In this document: positions 34,960-42,168 of the stretch, piece after piece | How positions within the stretch are numbered: the stretch's first letter is position 1 | Layout of the letters: each line of letters begins with the position of its first letter | From: an uncultured Bacteroidaceae bacterium | Lineage (GTDB): Bacteria; Bacteroidota; Bacteroidia; Bacteroidales; P3 | Direction: 5' to 3' | NCBI GenBank assembly: GCA_964584745.1 | Contig: CAZPBB010000001.1 | Span: forward strand, 55-64,054 | DNA: 64,000 bases | Notes under the pieces: model-generated | Database searches by the model: none | Told to the model about the DNA's origin: nothing | Seen by the model: only the letters and a program-made list of their open reading frames with translations | Program-made: the position numbers and the translations under genes

Positions 34960-35425
34960 GGTCGGTTAGGGTGTTATCGTCCTTGTCTTCTTCTTTTTTG
35001 TTGAACTGCAAGGTGGTTTCTTGCGTATGCCCCCAGCTATCCATAAAGGTGAGGGAGAGCGTGTGCTGGGCGGTGGCCGTGCCCCAGTCGGGCAGGTAAT
35101 GCATCCGGAAGCGGAGACCCGACAGGAGGTATGGGTCGTTCGGCACCAGGGCGGTGTCCTGTCCCACCCGGAGCGCGCCGCTGCCGGAAGTCGGAAAATA
35201 ACGCACGTAATAACGGGTGCAGTCGCATAGGTAGCCGTCCTCTCCGGGCAGGATCTCAAAGCGCACTTCGGCGGCGTGTCCCTCCGTCAGGATATTGCTG
35301 TAGGGCAGGTTCTGCACCGAAAAGTCAAAATCCTGCTTCACGTCGATAGCCGCGCAGCCACCCAGGATAAGCAGGGGGACGAGTCCGGAAAACAAGGCTC
35401 TTTTCTTTCTCAATGTCCTTTTCAT
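34952..35425 (-). CDS. traQ: conjugative transposon lipoprotein TraQ (DUF3872-like)
   Basis: 157 aa. Lipobox ILGGC. YYVRYFPTSGSGALRV...PNDPY...FRMHY matches my memory of the TraQ/DUF3872 pattern. ATGA overlap with the traO stop. Confidence 0.7.
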   Translation of the reverse strand: MKRTLRKKRALFSGLVPLLILGGCAAIDVKQDFDFSVQNLPYSNILTEGHAAEVRFEILPGEDGYLCDCTRYYVRYFPTSGSGALRVGQDTALVPNDPYLLSGLRFRMHYLPDWGTATAQHTLSLTFMDSWGHTQETTLQFNKKEEDKDDNTLTDHE

Positions 35426-35976
35426 CGTATCATGATTTTAAGACCCAGGCCGGCTTCGGTATGGAACCAGCCCACGGTACTGTTGCCGAGCACTTTCTCA
35501 CGCACCCGGAGTAGCAGCACGTAACGGTCGTTCAGATAATATTCCATTTCTACACCCAGTGCACCGCCGAACACGAACCTCGACCGGTCGAGGATTCTTG
35601 CCCCGTCGGACAGGCGGTAGCGGCTCCAGTTGACCCACTCATAGCCGAGGATGCCGTCAAGTCCCACCGAGAGGTAAAAGGAACGGCGCGGCCCCTGTAG
35701 GAGACGCAGGTAAAAACCGCCTTCGGCCGTCAGCTCCGACAGGGGCAGTTTCTGCGCATAGTACCGGTCGGTGTTCTGCAGGTAGTTCAGGCCGAAATTC
35801 CAGTGGTGCTTCCTTTTGGTGTAGGTGCTGTAGCCGGCATTCACGAAAAAGCCCGTCTTTTCGGTGATGCCCGCCGTGGCCGTGATGCCGCCCATGCGCG
35901 GCAGGTAACGCTGGCCGTGGGCGGTGGCGCATACGAAAAGCAAGGCGAGCAGGGGGATAAGGTGTTTCGCTTTCAT
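35422..35976 (-). CDS. traO: conjugative transposon protein TraO
   Basis: 184 aa. Signal peptide, small beta-barrel-like composition, and a position between traN and traQ. Confidence 0.7.
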   Translation of the reverse strand: MKAKHLIPLLALLFVCATAHGQRYLPRMGGITATAGITEKTGFFVNAGYSTYTKRKHHWNFGLNYLQNTDRYYAQKLPLSELTAEGGFYLRLLQGPRRSFYLSVGLDGILGYEWVNWSRYRLSDGARILDRSRFVFGGALGVEMEYYLNDRYVLLLRVREKVLGNSTVGWFHTEAGLGLKIMIR

Positions 35977-35994
35977 CTTCTCTTCAAGGTCTTT

Positions 35995-36999
35995 TTATTG
36001 CACGACGAATTCCGTCAGGCGGCGCGCCCGGATCAGGTCGTCGTTCTCGATCGTCATCCACTGATGACGGCCGCCGTCTTTTTCGTGCAGGTCTATCTTG
36101 AGCAGCTTTTCCTTGGGCAGCGTGAAGATCGGGAAGCAGAACACGCTCCGCTGCACATCGTTGCCCTCCACGCGCGTGACGTAGTTGTAGGCACGCACCG
36201 GCTGCAGCACGATTTCCTGCGTGGTGGTGCGTTTCACCAGCTTCTTATCCACCATCTTGAACGACAGATAGTCGATGTTGTAGGGAACGGCCGTGTTGTT
36301 GCGCAGTTCGGTATGCACATACAGCAGGTCGTTGTGCGTGTAGATGCCTTTCACCAGATACTGCACCCCCAGCAGCTTGCTGCCGATATGGCGCAGGCGG
36401 CGGATGTTCTGTTGGTGTATCGACTGCATGATCATGCGCACCAGGGTGGGGCTCTCCTGGTCGAGTTCCTTGAGAAACACTTCCATCGAGTTGTTGGGAC
36501 GGTTCTGCGCCGAGCCGTCGTTGAGAAAGTCTTTCATCTCGATGTTGAGTTTGAGAGGCTCCCGCTCGAAGCGCACGTTGAACGAGTAGAAAGAACCGTC
36601 CTCTGTGATGACGGCAAGATTCGTCTCGCCGGGGAAATAAGCCGATGCGGACTTGAGGCGCAACACGTTCTGCGCGTCCCCGGCCTTGCCGGCGATGACG
36701 TTGGCGTTGCCCAAATCCACATAGCGGATATTCGACGGAAAGATGATGTGGGTGGTCTTCTCATAGCACACCTCCAGGGCGTAGGGCGGTATCATCCTGT
36801 CCCAGCTGAGGGTCTTGGAATAACCGTCGAAGTAATCGCCGCTCCGGTTGTCGTCGGCTTCATAGGCGTTGTCATAGACACGGAGCGGAAGAGCCGAGGC
36901 ACTGTCGGTCAACAGGCTCACCCCCGCCTGGTTTATCTGGGCGGTGGCCGGCAAACCCAAGGCTATGCTTAGTAAGATGATGAATCGGATGCGTTTCAT
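35995..36999 (-). CDS. traN: conjugative transposon protein TraN
   Basis: 334 aa with a signal peptide. Size and synteny (after traM) are typical of CTnDOT-family TraN. Confidence 0.8.
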   Translation of the reverse strand: MKRIRFIILLSIALGLPATAQINQAGVSLLTDSASALPLRVYDNAYEADDNRSGDYFDGYSKTLSWDRMIPPYALEVCYEKTTHIIFPSNIRYVDLGNANVIAGKAGDAQNVLRLKSASAYFPGETNLAVITEDGSFYSFNVRFEREPLKLNIEMKDFLNDGSAQNRPNNSMEVFLKELDQESPTLVRMIMQSIHQQNIRRLRHIGSKLLGVQYLVKGIYTHNDLLYVHTELRNNTAVPYNIDYLSFKMVDKKLVKRTTTQEIVLQPVRAYNYVTRVEGNDVQRSVFCFPIFTLPKEKLLKIDLHEKDGGRHQWMTIENDDLIRARRLTEFVVQ

Positions 37000-37014
37000 G
37001 GTATAGGGTTATGT

Positions 37015-38301
37015 TTAATGGTTACTGGGGAATAACAATACTTTGTGGTCGGCCTGGATGGTGATGCGGATTTCTTCGAGTTTCTTCTGCGCGAAGCGGC
37101 TCACGCCCTGTATCGCGCCACGCGCCAGGTCGGTCTTGAGGCGTTCGGCGGCGCTTTGATTGTTGACAAACGACGACACGCTCTGTTCGCTCGTGCTGGC
37201 CAGAGAACTGGCCAAGTCGCGTCCCAACTCGCGCAGCGCCTCCTGCTCCAGGCTGCCGGGAACGAAGATGCCCCGCTGGCCGTCCAGGTCATACGCTTCC
37301 AGCGACACAGGCGTCAACACCTGGTTGTACTCGATGGAGGTGATGGCGATATACAGCCTATCCACACCCACCGTGCCGGTGCCGGTCAGGATGCTGCCCG
37401 GCAGCAATACCTGTGTGCCCACCATCATGGGCTCTTCCAGCCGCAGGCGTACCTGCTGGCCGCTCATGATGACCTGCTTGCCATAGACGCTCGCCGCGAT
37501 GGTGTTCTTGTTCACCACCGCTCCCCCCATGCCGTAGAACGAGGCGCATCGGTGCTCGGTGAGCGAGCTCACGAGGCCTTCCTCTCCGGCATCGGCCAAA
37601 GGGGATACGTTGGTGCGCGCTATCTCCTGCTGGTTCTTCCGCTCTTCGACCTTGCGGCTGTGGTTGTTCTCTTTCTCTTCGGTAATCTCTCCGGCGATGC
37701 GGCGGCTCTCCTCCAGGATGGAGGCTACGGCGGCATCCGCCTTCTCCTTGGCGTTCTGCCGAATCTTCAAGGCCTCCAACTCCGCCTCCAGTTCTTTCTC
37801 ACGTTCGCTCGGTTCCGGCGTGGCGGATTCCTCCATCATCTCCTGCCGCTTTTGGGTCAACGATTTAGAAAAATCTTCGATGCTCTGCTGGGTGGAGGTC
37901 AGTGAGGCGTCGAATTCGGCATAGGGGTCATAGGGGGCTTTGTCAGGCACGTTGACGTCCTCTAGGTCATCTTTGCTGAACGCGGTGGCGAAAATATCCT
38001 CAAAACCACGGTTGTCGTAGGAGGAACCGCCGCTGGGATCCAGATAGGTGTCCTGCTTGTTCTCCAACTGCTGCCGTTCCGCCGCCGGATCCGGCAACTC
38101 CGTATTGGCTCCGCCCGTCTGGCGCTCGCCCGGCTTGCCGAAGAACTTCATTAGGATGATGACCACGATGATCGCCGCGATGGTGTAGGCGATATACATG
38201 ATCATTTTATTCTTCAATTTTTGCTTTTGCTGCGCCTCGGTCGGCGCGGCGGCACTCTTCTGCTCCGGCTTGGAGGCCGTTGTATTTTTCTTCTCTTCCA
38301 T
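37015..38301 (-). CDS. traM: conjugative transposon protein TraM
   Basis: 428 aa. N-terminal TM helix, a charged low-complexity region, and a conserved C-terminal domain. Synteny traK-traL-traM-traN. Confidence 0.8.
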   Translation of the reverse strand: MEEKKNTTASKPEQKSAAAPTEAQQKQKLKNKMIMYIAYTIAAIIVVIILMKFFGKPGERQTGGANTELPDPAAERQQLENKQDTYLDPSGGSSYDNRGFEDIFATAFSKDDLEDVNVPDKAPYDPYAEFDASLTSTQQSIEDFSKSLTQKRQEMMEESATPEPSEREKELEAELEALKIRQNAKEKADAAVASILEESRRIAGEITEEKENNHSRKVEERKNQQEIARTNVSPLADAGEEGLVSSLTEHRCASFYGMGGAVVNKNTIAASVYGKQVIMSGQQVRLRLEEPMMVGTQVLLPGSILTGTGTVGVDRLYIAITSIEYNQVLTPVSLEAYDLDGQRGIFVPGSLEQEALRELGRDLASSLASTSEQSVSSFVNNQSAAERLKTDLARGAIQGVSRFAQKKLEEIRITIQADHKVLLFPSNH

Positions 38302-38310
38302 GGTCTTTTG

Positions 38311-38481
38311 CTATATAAAAGGATAGATGATGGCGAGCACGCTGCACGCCAAAAGCACCGACAGGCATCCCAGCACGATGTACAGCTGCTGCTTGTTGCT
38401 CTTGCGCGACATGTAGTCGGCAATCGACTTGCGCAGGGTCGATTGCTTGATGACGGGCAGTCTAAGTCTAACGGTTCTCAT
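38311..38481 (-). CDS. traL: small membrane protein in the TraL position (DUF3989-like)
   Basis: ATG at 38481 (MRTVRLRL...), with a single C-terminal TM helix. An alternative ATG at 38544 would overlap traK by 77 nt. Confidence 0.5.
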   Translation of the reverse strand: MRTVRLRLPVIKQSTLRKSIADYMSRKSNKQQLYIVLGCLSVLLACSVLAIIYPFI

Positions 38482-39103
38482 TTTCCAATTCTTTGTTTTC
38501 GATGATGACGTAGTTCTGCAGGAGGAAGCCATGCGGGTTGGCATCCGAGCGCGGCACGTTCACCAGTTCGCAGGTGCTCATCAGGCTCCGTTTCGATACC
38601 TTGCTGTCGCGCAGCAGGGTGATGGTGGCATAGGTGGCCGCCGTGTAGGGGTAGGCATCCATATCGCAGACGATGCTGTCGATGGCGATGCTCTGTATCG
38701 TGTTGGTGCTCATCAGCCGCCGGTAGAAGCCGGCTTCGGCCAAGTCCACGTAGTAGTTGTATGCGCTCTTATCCGACAGATCCAGGGCACGCTGGATATT
38801 GCTCTTGATGGCGGCGTTGTCCGGCGGCAGGTTGAAGAAGAACGTGTGGAACATACGCACATGGTCGCGCGCCTCCACGGGACGGTTGGTGGTCAGGTCT
38901 TGCTGCAAGGCCAGGATAAGGCTACGGCCGTGATCCAGCACGTAGATCTTCTCACGCTCCCTGGCCACCATACGCAGGCAATAGGCACTGACGAAGCAGG
39001 CCATCACCACCGCGCACACGATGACGATCACGCTCAGCGAGCGTGAGAAGTTGAAGGTTTTCTGTATGTTGTTCAGTGTTTTGAAGGGGCTGTTGTTAGG
39101 CAT
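38468..39103 (-). CDS. traK: conjugative transposon protein TraK
   Basis: The ATG at 39103 (MPNNSPFKTLNNIQ) overlaps the traJ end by 8 nt. 211 aa with an N-terminal TM helix. Typical TraK size and position. Confidence 0.8.
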   Translation of the reverse strand: MPNNSPFKTLNNIQKTFNFSRSLSVIVIVCAVVMACFVSAYCLRMVAREREKIYVLDHGRSLILALQQDLTTNRPVEARDHVRMFHTFFFNLPPDNAAIKSNIQRALDLSDKSAYNYYVDLAEAGFYRRLMSTNTIQSIAIDSIVCDMDAYPYTAATYATITLLRDSKVSKRSLMSTCELVNVPRSDANPHGFLLQNYVIIENKELENENR

Positions 39104-41147
39104 TTTTTCCTCCTTTCTTGGTCTGCAGTAACTGAATCGCCAGGGTGGCGGTTTCGGCATAGCCGTATTTGGCGGCACGTTTGAGCAGGCTGGGGCTGAT
39201 GCGGCTGTTTTTCAGGGCTGCCTGCTGCACGGATTTGTCGGGGTCGGCGATGGCTTTCTTGAGCACCCCTTTCGTGATGTAGGGATCCTGCGCCGCGTGG
39301 TAGCGTTGGAGGGCGTTGCCATGCTTCATGATATGGTTCAATTTGGGGCGGCGCAACTGCTTGCCCACCCATTCCAAGGTGGTGCCGCTGACTTGGCGGA
39401 ACTTGGAAACGGACGGTTTTTCGGCCGAACGGTGGGGTGTTTCCTGAAATGGCGCGACGGTTTTCCCCGGGACGTTACCGACCGGGATGTTGGCGTTGAA
39501 CACCTGTTGTATGCCGGGTGTCGCTTTGCCGCCTTGCCTGTCTTGCAATAGACGGGCTGCCTGCGTGGCGGTCTCGGCATAGCCGTATTTCATGGCTCGC
39601 TGGAGCAGTTTGGGGCTGATGTTGCCGTTCTTCAGGGCGGCTTGCTGTACGAAAATGTTGGGGTCATCGATGGCCTTCTTGAGCACCCCTTTCGTGATGT
39701 AGGGATCCTGCGCCGCGTGGTAGCGTTGGAGGGCGTTGCCATGCTTCATGATATGGTTCAATTTGGGGCGGCGCAACTGCTTGCCCACCCATTCCAAGGT
39801 GGTGCCGCTGACTTGGCGGAACTTGGAAACGGGCAGCTCCGGCGTGACGGCATCCGTGGCACTCGGGGCATCTGAAAACCCTCCATCCCGCAGGCGGAGA
39901 TTCGCGGTGGTGGGGTCGGGTGAGGCTGCCGCGCTTGCGGTGTGGAAACCGACAGGTGTCTTGACGGGCGCGTCCATGGGACCTGCCCCCATGCCGTTGA
40001 CCGGGAGGCCTCCGTTGCCTCCGCCACCCCCTCCGGCGGTTTTCCCGGCAATCTTTTGGCCGGCTTTGGCAAGCCCTTTGCCGGCGGCTGCACCGCCGCC
40101 ACGGGCAAGGGCCGCTCCACCTTTCAGGATACCGCCACCTATAACAGTGGCCGCCATACCGGTATACATGGCTGTATTGACGGCGAACCCGGCCACGGAA
40201 GATAACTGACCGCTGGCATCGCCGCCGGCGATGATCCAGCTCGCAAGTGTAGGAACGGACTTATACAGGGCGGCGGTCAGCAGCGAGATCAAGGCACCGA
40301 CAATGGCCAGGTTGGCCTGGATACCCTGCAAACGGAATGAGATATACTCCACACCACCGCCGGTGGCTTTCGCTTCGGCTACCAAAGAGGAAATCTGTCC
40401 CACCATCGCCTTCCCAATCTCCAGTGTGACGGTATTGATGAAGATATCGACCAGATGAAACAACGGGATCCACATATAGATGCACACGAAACGCGCTATC
40501 CATTGCGATATGCCTTGTTTGTAACCAGGAAAGATGGAGATGGCAAACACAAGCGGCCCCAGGATGCACATCACCGACATACTGAAACATCGGGTAAAGG
40601 CGAGTACGAACTTGGTCAGGGCGGCTAATAGTTCCGCAATCCATCCGATGAGCCAGGCAAAAGCGATAAAAAGCCCATTTTTTGCTTTCTGCCACATATT
40701 GTTAAAGGCTCGTCTGATGGCTTTCCCAACGCCGACACCTTCGTCTTCTTCATTTCCTTCTTCTTCCAGCTGTTTCTGTAGGTCATCCGCTTCCTGTCGC
40801 ACTTTCTTCAGCTCCGCGTTCAATTCGCTTTTAACGTTGGCGGCGCTTGTCTTCATCTCCATATCTTTGAAATAATCGCATACGGGATCGGCTAAACCAC
40901 GGATGCCGCCAACTACCACAACGTTAAAGTTCGCACAAATCAGTCCTATCACGAATGGGCGCAGCAAAGGGTAGATCTCGATGCTCTCGCCGCGGCTGTA
41001 ATTTCCCCACACCTTAGATCCGATATAGAACAGGGCGGCCAGCCCGCACAAACCACCCAATACGCCCGCTATCTTGTCGGAATATACGAGCATGGCATCA
41101 AAAAAATTGTCGATATTCTCGACACAGCTATCAACAAACTCTCGCAT
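39096..41147 (-). CDS. traJ: TraJ (VirB6-like polytopic channel protein) fused to a long Gly-rich linker and a duplicated C-terminal domain
   Basis: 683 aa. The first about 345 aa are polytopic, as in TraJ. A poly-Gly/Ala linker (GGGGGGNGG) follows, then two 140-aa repeats that share an identical 52-aa core. Confidence 0.8.
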   Translation of the reverse strand: MREFVDSCVENIDNFFDAMLVYSDKIAGVLGGLCGLAALFYIGSKVWGNYSRGESIEIYPLLRPFVIGLICANFNVVVVGGIRGLADPVCDYFKDMEMKTSAANVKSELNAELKKVRQEADDLQKQLEEEGNEEDEGVGVGKAIRRAFNNMWQKAKNGLFIAFAWLIGWIAELLAALTKFVLAFTRCFSMSVMCILGPLVFAISIFPGYKQGISQWIARFVCIYMWIPLFHLVDIFINTVTLEIGKAMVGQISSLVAEAKATGGGVEYISFRLQGIQANLAIVGALISLLTAALYKSVPTLASWIIAGGDASGQLSSVAGFAVNTAMYTGMAATVIGGGILKGGAALARGGGAAAGKGLAKAGQKIAGKTAGGGGGGNGGLPVNGMGAGPMDAPVKTPVGFHTASAAASPDPTTANLRLRDGGFSDAPSATDAVTPELPVSKFRQVSGTTLEWVGKQLRRPKLNHIMKHGNALQRYHAAQDPYITKGVLKKAIDDPNIFVQQAALKNGNISPKLLQRAMKYGYAETATQAARLLQDRQGGKATPGIQQVFNANIPVGNVPGKTVAPFQETPHRSAEKPSVSKFRQVSGTTLEWVGKQLRRPKLNHIMKHGNALQRYHAAQDPYITKGVLKKAIADPDKSVQQAALKNSRISPSLLKRAAKYGYAETATLAIQLLQTKKGGKNA
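39100..39842. repeat. 420-bp tandem duplication inside the traJ 3' extension, with a 157-bp perfectly identical core
   Basis: 39256-39412 is identical to 39676-39832. The flanking parts of the two units are similar but diverged. Confidence 0.9.
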
Positions 41148-41160
41148 GATCTATCGTTGA

Positions 41161-42162
41161 TTAATTGAAGAAGAATTGCACGAGGATCCCGACAAGCAAC
41201 AGAAAGAGGCTCGTTCCACCCCAAGCTACGATAGCCTTGCTGATGTCGTTGCCCTGATTGAAAATCTGCAAGACACGCAACGCGCCGATAATGGCGATAA
41301 TCGCCGAAATGGTATAAAACAGTTTGACCGCAGGGCTACTGACGGCTCTGTAGTTTGTCTGGATGTCTTTTTCGCTCGTAGTGGTGGTTATCTCCGGTTT
41401 GAATGAGTTTTCATTGAACGAAAGTACCGGAAAGGGGGAGGAGGAAACGTCGTATTTATCAGGAACGGCAAGTTTGCCCTCAGGATCCATCGGTTGCGCC
41501 TGACCGACGATATTGGATACGGTCTTCATCAGGTCGCGTGTTTGGGTCTGTTTGAGTGATCTGGACATATTTTCGCGCAATTCGGTTTCCCGTTGAACGC
41601 GGAAACTGATGCTTGCGACATCTTCATCAAGGGCTATCATTTCCTTCTTTTCCTCTTTGACTCCATCCTCACGTTCCTTTTCCGTTTTTTTTGTTCCACT
41701 TTCTATTCCGTAAGCGTCTTTAAAGTCGGAAACAAGTTTCTTCGTACTCATAATACAGGCGTTGACCTGACGGAGTTTGGAGGAATACAAATCCAATATG
41801 AATTGTATTTCATAAGGTTGAAGCTCTCCGCTTGAGATGGCCTTTACACCGTTGGTGATACCTTGGATCGTGTGGGTGGCCAGCCTGGCGATATCCTCCA
41901 GCTCTCTCATCAGATAGATGGCTTTGGATACCTGTTCTGTGCCCTTGCGAATATCATCAAGGACTTTCCATTGCTCTTTAGTGTTGGTGATGAGCTGGAA
42001 GAACTGCTGAGTCTGTGTCAACGCCTCCTCCAGTTGTTGCCCGAAGCCAGCCACATTCGACCCCATATGCACGGGATCGTGTACGACTGCCTGCCCCTGT
42101 ACGGGCGAGAGGGCCACCAAGGCCGCCCACACCAGACTGATGATGATTTTATATTTTTTCAT
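41161..42162 (-). CDS. TraI-like (DUF4141-type, VirB5-position) secreted protein with C-terminal TM helices
   Basis: 333 aa. Signal peptide ends in VQGQ. An N-terminal helical region (AVVHDPVHMGSN...QQLEEALTQTQQF) resembles the TraI family. It is longer than the TraI I remember, with a hydrophobic tail. Confidence 0.55.
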   Translation of the reverse strand: MKKYKIIISLVWAALVALSPVQGQAVVHDPVHMGSNVAGFGQQLEEALTQTQQFFQLITNTKEQWKVLDDIRKGTEQVSKAIYLMRELEDIARLATHTIQGITNGVKAISSGELQPYEIQFILDLYSSKLRQVNACIMSTKKLVSDFKDAYGIESGTKKTEKEREDGVKEEKKEMIALDEDVASISFRVQRETELRENMSRSLKQTQTRDLMKTVSNIVGQAQPMDPEGKLAVPDKYDVSSSPFPVLSFNENSFKPEITTTTSEKDIQTNYRAVSSPAVKLFYTISAIIAIIGALRVLQIFNQGNDISKAIVAWGGTSLFLLLVGILVQFFFN

Positions 42163-42168
42163 GATGTC

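Noticed and set aside
38482-38544. Longer TraL start at 38544
   Set aside because: It would overlap traK by 77 nt. The ATG at 38481 gives the compact overlapping arrangement seen at the other tra junctions. It is kept only as an alternative.
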